A stretch of 64,000 bases of DNA from the human T2T-CHM13v2.0 reference genome, Homo sapiens, in assembly GCF_009914755.1 (NCBI RefSeq), contig NC_060928.1. The stretch is one strand, 5' to 3'. Shown in pieces: positions 15,530 through 28,215 of this stretch. The translations under genes and the position numbers were made by a program. Under the pieces are notes generated by a model. The model ran no database searches and had not been told where the DNA came from. It saw only the letters and a list, made by a program, of their open reading frames with translations. Position 1 is the first letter of the stretch. Every line of letters begins with the position of its first letter.

Positions 15530-15703
15530 CCAAAGTGGAGCCAGGGTTCTAGGCCAAAGCCCATGGATATAAATAGTTTTTTGCCTGTTACTATTCAACT
15601 GTATAATAATGGGCCACATACGTTCTCTGGGACACTTGTTTTCTCATTTATTAAATGAGTGTTGGCAGGGAGAATTCATCTTAATGATCTCTAAGAGTGC
15701 TAC
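15530..15703 (+). mobile_element. MIR/MIR3 fragment (tail continues at 16497-16520 after the LTR)
   Basis: TTGTTTTCTCATTTATTAAATGAG...ATGATCTCTAAG, then AGCTCTAAAGCTCTATGA after the LTR, matches the MIR3-type tail. Confidence 0.55.
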
Positions 15704-16496
15704 TGATGTGGACAGGACACAGGGAAATACAGATACAAGAGGGTGGTTCTCTGGCAAAGGCTTCACCCTCAAGCCTGTATATCTGCGGCCCTAAATGAGA
15801 ACAGGAATTTCTGGTTTTGTACCCAAAAAGTTGCCATTTGGCCCACCATGCCCTCTATCCTGCACCCATATAAACCCTGAACCCCAAACTTCGGAGCAGA
15901 GCAGCAAGCCAGCAGATCAGCAGATGGATGGTGGAACAACGTGGCAGAGAAAGGGAGAAAAGGAGGAAGATCTGAACGCCGAGAGGAGTCTGGCTGGGGG
16001 CAGTTGAAGAGGAGTTTAGCCAGTGGGAGGCCCGACTCCTGTGGGGGATCACTTTCCCACTCCATGCCCCCCTTCCAGCTTCCCATCCATCCTGCTGAAA
16101 TCTACCTCCACTGCTCAATAAAACCTTGCATTCATTCTTCGAGTGTGTGACCCGAATCTTCCGGGATGCTGGACAAGAGCTTGGGGTACAGAAAGCATCA
16201 TATTGGCCCTCTGCTCTTGCAAAAAGGCAGAGCGTCCATTGAGCCCGTTAACATTCAAGCCATCTGAGGACAGCAAAGGTGAAAGAGCTTTGTAACTCTC
16301 GGGTTGCAGGCACCCACCCCTAGACACTACTGCAGAGCTGGAGCCCAAAGTACTCGCCCCGGCCTCTACATGTGCCCATCTGCATACTCCCCCTCACGGA
16401 AGGGGTTTGAGTGGTGGGAGCACTGAACAGGTGAGCCACACCTCTGTCACACGTCTTGTGGCCCTGTGAGGGGAATCAAAGAGCTCTTCCTTTTCA
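15704..16496 (+). mobile_element. MER50-family ERV1 solo LTR
   Basis: TG...CA termini, 793 bp. Starts TGATGTGGACAGGACACAGGGAAATAC. TATAAA at 15869-15874 and AATAAA at 16117-16122. 4-bp TSD CTAC/CTAT. Confidence 0.85.
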
Positions 16497-16719
16497 CTAT
16501 AAGCTCTAAAGCTCTATGAGACAGTTAGTCTGTTATTCTATCATTCCAGTGATCCTCAGGGGGATGACCTGGGTGGTTATCATCAGCTGCTTCATGATCT
16601 TTTCCTCCTTGCTAGTTGCTGCGAACCCAAAACAACCTGTGCCTATATTAAGCGCAAAGAAAATCCTTGAAATCTCAACATTTAAGAAATATAAGGGGTT
16701 TATTAAGAGATCTGAGCTG

Positions 16720-16825
16720 ACTCCTCATTTTAGATGAGGAAGTAGAAGCAAATAAAAGTTACATGAACTGCCCAGGTCATATATTTGCCATGGACAGAAC
16801 CGAAGTCCAGGTCTCCTGTTTTATT
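16720..16825 (-). mobile_element. MIR fragment
   Basis: CATTTTAGATGAGGAAGTAGAAGC...TGCCCAGGTCATA...CCAGGTCTCCTG. Confidence 0.7.
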
Positions 16826-18099
16826 GCTGCGTGCCTGAACTTCCCACACGTTAGCTGTGTGTGCACCAGGCTCACAATTTCTGATATATTTTCTCACTGC
16901 CTTTACTATTATTTGTGAATATTTTCTTTGAAATGTATTAATGTTTTTACTGAGCACATTTATTATAAGAGGAAACTGTATGTCATCACAGTAAATGGAA
17001 ATCAGAATCAACTGTCATCAATAGGTTACCATAATGTGAAATGAACATACAACTCTGTTTCATCATTTACTTAGATTCTTTTGCTTGCCAGAGGCCAGGG
17101 GTCCAAGGCGTCTCTGTTTGTTAAAAATGAAGATTAACAAATGTTAGGAGTTTTCCGTGGCACTAGCAAAAAATTGAGATCACTGCTTTAATGTCACGAG
17201 GACTGAAAAAAACAGGAACAAATCGACTTTTATGCTAGGTAAAGGTATGATTTCAATATTTCTTGACTCCTCAATACCATGACTTCTCACTTCATCCTGA
17301 CATGAAAAACCAAATTACTGGTCCTGTTTCCCATGTCCCTGCTTTTCAGTGTTCTGCTTCCCATCTGTAGCAGTGCTTCATCTGCACTAATGTTGGGTTG
17401 GGTGAGCAGTGCCCTCCCCTCCAGTTAATGTTCTGCATTATACAGCATGGGCTTCCTGGAGATGGTGCCATGATCCATAGGTACCGTGGCAGGATTTTCA
17501 AAGACCTTGACATCATCTGAAAAGTTATTGTTTGATTCCATTAGGTCCATCCCTGATTTCATTTCTCTAAAATGAAACCTGACAACTGTAGTTTAGGCAG
17601 GGCTTATATGGGATGCAACTAGGGCAGACTTGATTCACAGTCCAAATTTATCAGTACATGGCAAAAAAATAGGTTGTATAACAAAACTAGGTCAAAACCC
17701 CTGATTTCTTTCACCGTCAGTCCCTTAAGCCACTCTACTTCATTAACAACGTTTACTCATTCTTTATTTCCAAGTTTAAATTTCTGAGTATAATTTATAG
17801 AGCAAATCAAAGACTGAGAAATAAGTGCATTATATGCTTCTGGAGAATTAAATTCAGATTCAAATCTTAAGGTTTCAAAATGTTAAGAAAAAGCAATTTA
17901 TATATTTTTCAAAAGCTAGTTCACTTCAAACTATATTTTCAACAATTTCATGATTTAAAAATATGCTCACTCAAAAATGCAAACATTTGCCTTTAAAATC
18001 AAAATAATTCAGTGGTTATAGATGGCAAACTTAACAGACATAATGTTAAATGGACATTTTTAGGGGCTTCAAGAAGGAGGTATAAGTTATTGATTATAC

Positions 18100-19150
18100 A
18101 AAAATGATTGTACTTTGCTCCTGAAATCCCCAATTCCAGTGAAGAAATAGAAAAGCTACAAACACTAGAACAAAGAGAATGGGAGAGTAGACAATAGCAG
18201 ATTAAGGTTGTCAAAAACACTGAATATGAAAATAAGATGAGTTATTAAAAGCTAAAGTTTTAGATTATAAAGCTCTTATCTAGAATTTTATATGCAGCAC
18301 AGTATCGATTGACTATATGAAGAGAATAAAGGTGTTTTTTGGGATACGAGGGCACTAAAATTTTACCTACTTATTCATTTTGAGGAAGATGCTAAAGGGT
18401 ATGTTTCACCAGCTGTGGGGAGTAAAACATACAATGGGATGTGAGGAATTTCAAGCGGGAGGGTGTACAGTAAAAGTGAGAGGGTAGAGGCAGGGCAGTG
18501 GGCAGAGAAATCGCAGGTGGACACCTCACTTGTTCAACATTCCTGAAGCTAAAACCAATCATGCTCAGCTGAGACAAAGGGCAGGGGTCTCCAGAAGGAT
18601 TGCATCCAAAGAGAAACAGACAAATTACATGATGTGTGTAGTTTTTCTGGAATTTTATGGAAGCACTTAGGGATACATTAATTTTAGTATGTAGAAATCT
18701 AAGGATGAGGAGAGAGAGAGAGGCACAAAGAGACAAGTTATTAACTTCAATTAAAACAAGAAGTCATACAAGAAAGTAAATAAATTAATATGATGATTCA
18801 CCTTCAAATAACATTTGTACAACCAAGAGGCTGTAAACACTTAATGCTAATTTATCCAAAAGGCGTTATATTACTGTATTGGGCAGCTAGGAGAGGGGAG
18901 CATATGGAATGGAAAAAGGGCTCATAACAGGGTGAAATTGCAATTTGCAATAGTTGAAAGTCAATCACAGATGGCTAAAAATGTTAAGAATAATAGAATA
19001 AACACTTTACTTAGGAATACCTGGGTAAAAACCAGAAGAAATGATTAGAGTCAAAAGTAAGTGGGTTGCTCAGCAGTTAGTAAGGAATTATTTGGCTTTT
19101 TAAAATGTCATGTTTTACTATTATGGTAAAAATATATTACACATTTACTT
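18100..19150 (+). mobile_element. Old HAL1/L1M-type fragment (ORF1 C-terminal region and downstream)
   Basis: CTAGAATTTTATATGCAGC...GAATAAAGGTGTTTT...AAAATTTTACC resembles the L1/HAL1 ORF1 end; the strand is purine-rich. Boundaries are uncertain. Confidence 0.5.
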
Positions 19151-21164
19151 AATCTATAAATTAAAGTAATTCCATTATGTTGTTAATGTATTGTTAAATA
19201 CATTCATTTTAAAATAAATTGTTAATTCAATAAAGACTTCAAAGCAGATTTTTATAAAAATTGAATACAAAATGCAGCAAGCATATTTCATTGTCATAGG
19301 ATATTCAGATGCTTCTGAAATATCTAATCTACTATGTGCTTTAAATGGCTGGAAGTATTTTTGAGACTTCTGTGAAATGAAAATACTTCTGATTGTCTAG
19401 CTAAAATTCTCTGTCTATAAGATACCAAAATTTTTCACCTGCAACTTTCCTTTTCTGTTCTGTATCACATAAATGCATTCAGTCTGTTTTCATTAGTGCT
19501 TTTGTCTTTGGAGTCAATCATTCTAAATATAAAATATTAAAACATGATGAACTATAGAATCTTTTTGAATTGCTCATCTTCTGTATGTTAGATTTCTAAG
19601 GGAAATCTTCCTCCCTCAATAGTAAAGCATTTGTTACCAAGTATTAAAAAGCAGCACAGTCAGTATTATTTGATATATACTAACTGAACACTGAACCGTT
19701 TAATAAGAAAGAGAATCAAGTTTGGCCTTTCAATACACTGAAATATTTGTGCTTAGGGCACTGAAATATTTCTAATATAAAAATGTGTAAAAATTTATTT
19801 CTGGGTTTACATTATACACAAGAGAGCAGAAAATATATACAAGAGAGATTTTTAAAGACAGAAAGACATTTCTCTTCAAATATGAGATAAGGGTGATCTA
19901 CAGCATGTAAGTATAACCTTAAGTATAACATGGAATAACCTTCCTGAAGATTAGAGGGTTGAGAATAATACCCCCTTTCACTTGGGAGCCTATGATTTGA
20001 CTCACACCCACATCATTTAGAGAAATGAACAGACTGAGATAGCCAATGCTAGCAGAGCTACCCATGATCCGAATTTACAAAGAGGCAGGTGAAGTACACA
20101 GTTTGACAAGTTAGTTTTTTTAAATAACAATTGACTTATATTCTAGATTATTTGATTCTCTTATTTCAAGCCACTGTCAATGCTTTATCCTCACATAGTT
20201 CAAAACGCTTTGCAAGAACTTTCCTATCTATCAGATTAGTTCCACCTCACACAATCATTAGGAGGTTAAATAACAAGCATTACTATTCTCATTCCAATGA
20301 CAAAAAAGACTCAAAGGAGGTAAATGACTTCTTTGCTCTTTGTTTAGCTTTAGGAAAAAAAATGAAAATATGACTCAGGACTCTTGTATTTCCTGTCTAA
20401 TCTTTGCACTCTCATCCATCACTCCCAACCTGCAGACATCAAACAATTCAAGGGACTCAAGATAAGGTTAAAATGTCCACATTCTTAACTCCAAATTCAA
20501 ATCCAGCATTATCTTCAGAAGGAATCAAGAATATATCCTACACATATGTATAACTCTATTTTTCAAATGTGCATCAATGTTGCTCTGATGAATAAAATAC
20601 ACACTTGTGTAAAAGCTTTCTATTGCATTCACAATTGCCTTTTATCTTTATGTATCCTCAAATCAATGGATATTAAAAGTACAACTACTTAGTGAAGGTG
20701 GGCACAATTTTTTGGTACTGAAAAAAAATATCCTCTATGAGTCCAGTTGGGGGATATGTCTCTTGGACAGGCCCTCATTGACCAGGCAAACTAAATCAAG
20801 CACCCACTCTGCCCACCATTCCCTATCTCAGTCCTTTCTCCTCTTCATTGCATTCACAAGCATTCTATCTATTTCTTGACTTGTTTGAGGATCTGCTCTG
20901 CTCCATTCCTCACCTGTCACAAGAGGCTAATGTCTGTCAGGGCATAAGCAGTGCTGCTCTTGTATGCCTCTATGTGCGCCTAGGGCTGGCCTGACATCAA
21001 TGAGGGGCTTTGTGTAGCTCAGCTGACTTAACGTTAAACCAATGTTTCCACACCCAATCTCCCAGTGGGCTGATGGCTCTACCCTCTTATAGTAGATGAT
21101 CACAGTGTAAGCAGAAAATCAACCATGGCAATGAAAATAGTGACTGCTAGTGATTTTGGGGTGT

Positions 21165-21310
21165 TTAGCATGCCATGTTAGTACCTTACTATGTATTATA
21201 TAATACTTGTACCCCAGCCTGTAAGGAGGGTATTACTCCTTCTTCTTTGCAGATGACACCGCTGATTTTCAGAGAAGTTAGGCACTGTTGTCCTGGACTG
21301 ATGCACCTCT
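21165..21310 (-). mobile_element. MIR fragment
   Basis: CAGCCTGTAAGGAGGGTATTACT...TTTGCAGATGA...CAGAGAAGTTA. Confidence 0.55.
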
Positions 21311-22919
21311 TAATTATATCTGCATGTTCCTAAAACCAGCCCTAATCCACTGGGTTGTAATGTCCCTGTACCACTCTAAATGCATGATACCTCCTACTAG
21401 GTCCCAGTCTCATTAATGAAAAGAAAAAAGGAAAAAAGACAAATGGATTTCACCCAAGGGGTTACCTGCCTTCTCTTACTTATGCACATTTATTTAAGAC
21501 TCCACCTCTTCTTTAGAATTCAACAGATGTTTCAGCGTTCACTAAAATACCCCATTATTTTTCAGTGAGGAAGAGAAGAGGGTGGAGTCAGAGATGCTCA
21601 CAAAGGGAAGTTTGTGATGCTGAATCAGACTCAGAGCTGAAGTGCAGGCAAAAGATGCTGCTACCGCCCAGAGCAGAATGAAAGAGCCACTTTGTTAGTA
21701 CTGGGGGAGAGTGTTAGGGGATGCAGCGTTTAGCTAGAAGAAAGTCAAGCCTCAGGCAGAAATCAGGGCAATTATTGAACAGATCTGGGGGCATCACATT
21801 CACTCTGAACACTAGAGATGATGGCCTTCTGCTCAGAAGCAAATGACAGCATTCAAATGTGGATCCTACCCCAATCAAGCCCCCACCCTGCTCGCCCAGT
21901 GTACAGAATCAAAGGGAGTTGGACACTCAGCCTAGCTCTGCCTCAGGGTTGACAAATGTGAGATCAGCCCCTCCTCACCACCACCTGGTTCCCTCTGGAC
22001 CTTCTAATGGTTTGGAGGGCAGAGGAATAATGTAATTTGTCAGGAAAGGGACAAATGCTGCAATAACAATGTCCACCTAAACTGGCAAATGCTTGGTTTA
22101 ATTGTCTCTACAAGTCAACCTAGCAGGAGTTCAGCAGGGGAAGCTGATGATCCAAAAGAAATTATTTTCTTATCTGTTATTGAAAATTTCAAAGAAAACA
22201 CATGCCACAGCCCCTCGGGACAAACCAGAGAATGACCAGGACAGGGAAGATGGATGTCTTCCAATGTCTTGGCATATCTAACTTTAAGATATTGAGTATA
22301 CTATCATAACTTTCTGCCTGAAACGTCTTTATTAGAGGAACAAGATTTATGTTTTTGGTCTAGGGGGCAAAAAAAACCCTCAGATGTCCACAAAGGATCC
22401 TCTGTAAGTCACTCAGCCTATCTGATTAGGGGTACATAGTGCAGAATTTTAAAGAGAAAGTTATCTTCTTTTGGGTGGCCACATTTCCCAACCTTGCAAT
22501 TTACTTTATCCATTCCCTTGAGCTTTCTGGCACATTATGTTACTTTTTTGGTTTCTTTTAGAAGTTCCTGCAGGAAATAGTAACTCTCTGGTTTCCTGAT
22601 TTTCAAAAATGAATGTTCACATATGTTTAGCATCAGGCTGTTTTGTATCCAACCGTAAATCTGCACACTACAGGAAAAGTGCATGTATTTTAAATAATTC
22701 ACATACTGCAGTACAAACTTGCATTTCACTGGAGGAAATTAGGCAGATTAGAAATTCATAAATTGGATCGCAATCTCTTTTCTTTGTAAATTTAAAATCA
22801 TACTAGTTGGCTAAGTGATATTTAGGAGAATACAGTTAATTATTAACTTGAAACTTTTCTGATGGATTTCAGCAGGGGTAACTGGATCTCAGACTAGTCA
22901 TTGTGTTCCCTCCAACCGG

Positions 22920-23640
22920 CCCTCTCCTGCCTGTATCCACTGCTACTGTCTTCGTTAAGGACCTTCGCATTTCTTGCCTAACAACTGCCAGAGTCTCCTA
23001 AGTGGCCTTCCCTGGCCTCTTGTCATCACTCTCTCCCACCACTTCTCCATAATGCTGTGGAATGTTTTTTTTTTTTTTTCCTAAAACCTAATTCTAGTCA
23101 TGTCAGTGTCTGCTTTAAATCTGACCTATTTCTTTACAATATAAATGCCCACTTCCTGGTTGGCATAGTGTCCTGCGTGAGCTTCTTCATCTCATCTCTG
23201 GTCATTACTCCTCTCTTCCTCAACACTCACATTCAAGTCATGCCAACTGACTTGTAATTCTCCAGAGTGTGCTGCTTTAAGCCTTTTAATGTTCGTACCT
23301 GTTTCTCCATCTTCTCCAAACTACCCTTCTCAATCCTCTTCACCACGTTAATATCGCTCCACACAAAATTCCAATCTCATATTAATATTGTATTTTCCAT
23401 GAAGAATGTGCCCCCTGAACACCTTCTGTGTGGCACAGCTGTGCCAGGGGAGGTTTCCAAGGACCCTGCTTTTCTTTTCTCACACTTGATGGCAATCTCA
23501 TGTTAGGTCCCCTCCAATCCTAGACTGGAAGCTCCTTGAAGGAACTGACCTTTATCTTGAGGTTGTTTTTCAAGTATTGAGAGCTGTGCCTGACACAGAA
23601 TCATGGACACTCGATAGATGTTTGTTGGATAAATGAATAT
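22920..23640 (+). mobile_element. L2 LINE 3' fragment
   Basis: Pyrimidine-rich body ending CTAGACTGGAAGCTCCTTGAAGG...GTGCCTGACACAG...TGTTTGTTGGATAAATGAA. Confidence 0.8.
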
Positions 23641-26600
23641 ATTAAGAATACACTGAGAAGTCACCAGATTTGGTATGATATGAGAAACAGTGTGAAGTCA
23701 ATTGTCTCCCCCACAAAAAAATTACTGATGCCTGAAAATCTACCATTTACAATTTATTTCATACATGATTTATTGCCTTATTCATGTAAGACAATTAATA
23801 TGTAAATATTCTTGTGAGAGTTAACACAATGAGTCACCAACTGACCCTGAAGTAGTTTTTGGGTTCCCGCTGTCAACAGAAAGAATGGGAGAGCACACGT
23901 TGCAAGAAATAGGTGGTAAGAGAAAGGCCAGGTAGCAAAAGGGTGAGGCTGGCATGGACAGGAACAGTAGAGAAGGATTAAAGCAACTTTGTCAGCTTCC
24001 TAATTTTCCCTGGCATGAGTACTTACTTTCCATCTACATACCCAGGATTCTCTCTCGACTTCCTTCACTTCTGCGAATTGAACAAAAGTCAAGAGGGAAA
24101 TTTTTTATTTCACAGGTACAAAACATATTGGTAAGCAAAGAATGAATCCCATGTGACCCTCTGATAAACTCACCTTCCCTCTTTACCACACTCAGTTCCC
24201 CAAACTCATATGCCAAAGCCCTTGCCACATTCCAACCTCCTGATTTACAGCTTTCCTTGATTTGTTGGAGTTATAATTTGCTTTCATAATCCTGAGGCAA
24301 ACCCTGGTCAGTTTTCTGCAGTGGCCTCTCCTCCTCTGCTTCCAGGATCTCTCATAGCACTGTAAATGCAACGCAAGCAGGATTTTCCTAGCTCTCTGGA
24401 GATGCCCACAAGAGTGCTGACCTATATTTCCCTGCTGCCTCCTCAGCCTTGCTTTCTCAAGGCCCACCCATGGTGGGGCCTGGCTGCCAGCAATCTCCTA
24501 CAGAAGGCCAAACTCCCTTTCAGAATTGCCATTCATCAAGCTCATCATCCAGGCATCATCTAACATCTAATTATTCTGATTATGCCACATTTGTATGGAG
24601 GGTCTTATTACCTTTGCACTTTATTGAATATAATACGATTCAGAATAATCAACTGAATTCATCTTCCCAGTGGTGGAAATGAAGGTTTGAAAGCTACACA
24701 GACTGCGGAAAGTGTTTTCTGGGACTGTGTTCTACCTCATTTTTGTTCCTTTCCAAATAATAACACTTGTTCATTAAAAACATGTTTCTCTCAACTAGTT
24801 GAAACCATTTCCGCGTAGCCTATTTGCAAGTCCCTGCAACAGCCAAGAAAGCAGAAGAACATAAATATTCTATAGCAGCTACCTGGGTCATCTGGCTACA
24901 CAGCTCCCTACTGCACACCCTGCAAATGTACAGGTGTCAAATTAGCTGCAGAACAGCTCCCTGGTTGTCCTTTTCTATGCAAGAGACAGCCTGCAAATGG
25001 GAAGGTTGTGTCTTTACCATCAAAGAAAAGCTGTTCCATAATTTGCACTCAGATCCAAATGCAGAGCCAAATATGTCAGTATCTTATTAAATAGTGGAGG
25101 CACATGGGCAACTACCAATTTCTCTTTGATCAGATGTATGTGTTACCCCCAAATATCACACCAGGTTAATTTATTCAATAGCTCAAATGGTTGGTAAGTA
25201 AATCTGAAATTAAGGAGAGGTTCTTTTATCAGATATTTGGAATCCCCTTAAATTTCCTGTTGCAGTTTCTGCCCTTTCCTTCCCCTTTTCCCCACCTCCC
25301 CCCCCCACAAAAAATAGGTCTGGTAGAGAGAGAAAGTTACCAAAAAAGAGCAGATAAGAAAAAAGAAGATGGAGGGTCATACTGACGAAGAAATTAAGCA
25401 AGGGTCCAAGGGTCTACACTTCCTACAAAGGCCACTCTATGCTGCCAACACCTCCCGGGTGGCTTGCCAGTGTCCCCAGACACAAGCTGAGTAGGCCACT
25501 CGGGTGGCTTTCCTGTGAAGCCTGTCAGCAGTGATTTAAATTCTGTTAGGCAATGGGAGGTCTTACCTGAATTTATTGGCAGATGATGGCAAAAGCAGAG
25601 TATAAAGAAAATACCTAGCAACGAAGGTCCTTAGACCAAGCTGTTTTTGTATTTAACATGAACACAGAGCTTATTACTGTGTGGCCACAGGGATGTGAAC
25701 ACTTCGTGATGTCAGCTTTCTCTAACCCTTAGTCCACATTCTATTCTAATAAAATATACACGTACATTTAAAGTAAATTCTCCTCTATATGAGGATATTA
25801 ATGCCTATAACCTTATCCACATGATGTTAATGAGAGGCAGAAACCCATAACCTACTATTTTGAGGTAATTTATTCAGGTTCAGGAAAATGTCTTTGAACT
25901 TAAACACATTTTCTTCAAGGAGGTTATACAGTGCAGTGAAGGAGAGAAAATGATCTGGATAATTATGCTGAAAAGATGAAGAAAAGAATTTTGGAGATTA
26001 TTGTGACCTTTCTTTTACAAGTGGGAAATAAGATAAAATCCAAATCTTCAGTACAATAATATTTACTCATCATATTAAATTCATATAACTGTAAGCCTCT
26101 CCCTTGATTATAAATCCATTTGAGCCTGGGCCATCGCAGCCAAGGATTTCTTTCTTTTCTTGTCTTCTGGATACTTTAGCCAGAGCTGTCACAGACTCCT
26201 TTAACTCTTAAAGGGATCACCAGAAGCATGCATGTAAAAGAACCAAGTAAATAATTTTCTAAAATTCTAGGCATGCAAAAGTTTCATTTGCCATTAATAT
26301 TTGTCTCAACATAGTCTACATTTATTGGCACCATCCTACTTTCTTCTTTTAGTCACAGCTTTCTACTTCAAAGTTCCCAAATACAAGAGGGCAGTGATCC
26401 TCAAGTAGCTCAGCAAAAGATATCATTAAAATTGTTAAAAAAAAAACAAAACAAAACCCTACAGCTTCCTATCCCTAACGTGGCTTTCTGAAACCAAATC
26501 TCAGAGGAGGGATCAGATGATTCATAGCAAACTCTTGGAGTTGTCCTTAAGAAAACCAACCAAAGAAGCAAACAAAAAAGGCAAGTAGATGAAAATCATT

Positions 26601-26813
26601 TAATGATTGAGTTGATATTTATTGAGGGTTGTTTATGTGCCACTTTTCTTGTCTCTGGTCACTATTTACACACTATTCATAAGGTCAACTGTCTGGTTTT
26701 CGTAAGTTTGATGACTCATTTTTGTAAAGTTTGATTTTTAAAATAGGGTTATTATATGCATCAGAACTCATTCCCAAAACAACTTGATGGTTAGCAACCT
26801 TCGTGGATTGCTA

Positions 26814-26842
26814 TAATTTACTCATCCATGATGAGTAAATTA
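26814..26842. repeat. Perfect inverted repeat, 13-bp arms with 3-nt spacer
   Basis: TAATTTACTCATC-CAT-GATGAGTAAATTA. Confidence 0.95.
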
Positions 26843-28049
26843 GAAAGTATGGAATAACTAGAGTAGGTTTATTGCTTAAATTCAGAAAGTACAGGCGTTA
26901 AATGGCAACCCTAAGAATGATCCTATCATTCTAAACAAAGATCTTTACTTTGAGACCACATTTCAAGTGCCTTGAAAGTCACTTTTTAAAATTGTTGTTT
27001 TTTTTTTCACTCTGGCAATAACTGAAAGACAATTATGTCTCCTCTCATCCCCCAATCCCCAACTTCAAAGCTAATCAGATCATATAAAACGTGATGGAAA
27101 TGGGCATGTTAAGATAAAATTGAAAAAATAAGCAAGGGAAGGGAGTCTTTGGAATACATTTATTTGTGAATGTTCGGAGGGCAGACAAATAGCTGGAGAA
27201 TGGAAAGTAGAAAGATTTAAGCCCATGTGAGGAAGAACCTTTAAGTGCTTATTTTATAGAATGGGCTGGCTGGTCAGCAGAGACCAAGGAAACATCTGTC
27301 AGTATTACTTTAGGGACTAGACTAAGAGTTTGGAAAGAATACAGGCTAAATAAGAATTTTTAGAGTGAGGAAGTGCTTACATCGTGATGTGCACTGTAGC
27401 TTCCCTAAAGAACTAGAAAGTTTAGTTTAAGACAGGTTCATTCCTCAGTTCATCCTTGAACAGTATTAGCCTGTAGGAACTGAGTGGAACAGTAGGGAGT
27501 ATCTTGGGGACAGTGACTAGCATAAAGTCTCAAAGAAAAAAGTGAGGGGAGAAGGGTGCGGGTATGATGGCACTCCTCTGCTGTCATATTAAGTGCGACA
27601 TGAATTCTCTGGCTAGGAGGTAGAAAGAAAAATAATATGTGAAAGTGAAAAACAGGTATTATTTGATTCAGGTTAAATGGAGACATTCGGACAATTAGGA
27701 CAGTTAGATCCAGTTCACATAAATATGCTTTTATCAGCATTGCAAAAATATGCTTTCACTTTCAAAACTTCTATGGTATCATTATCAAAATGTCCACATG
27801 CCATGTCCAAATCACAGAGCAGCAGAACCAAATACCTGATATAATTAAATAGCTTGTACTTCTTGAAAAAGTCAGAATTTAATAGCGTGTGCAATGTAAA
27901 GCTGTTTGAAAGGACCCTACAGCTAGCAGAGTGCCCATCCTGTCACCAGGTAAACACTCAACAAAGATTTACTGAATGCATATATTAGAGCTACTGAATG
28001 CTTATGATAGCTCACTTCTGGTCCAGAAATTTAAAGAGTGACAAGTCTG

Positions 28050-28215
28050 TAGTCTCATTTAATTCTTGGAATAGCCTTATAAGGTAGATTCTATGACAAT
28101 TCTCTTACTGGGGAGAAAAGGGGGCCAAGGAACATGCCCAAGGTAAGTGTGAGAAGCAAGATTTAAATCCAAGTTTGTTGAACAAAAAACTGGGCTGAAT
28201 GAACTCCATATGCTT
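28050..28215 (-). mobile_element. MIR fragment
   Basis: TCTCATTTAATTCTT...CCTTATAAGGTAGA...TGCCCAAGGT...GATTTAAATCCAAGTTTG. Confidence 0.6.
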
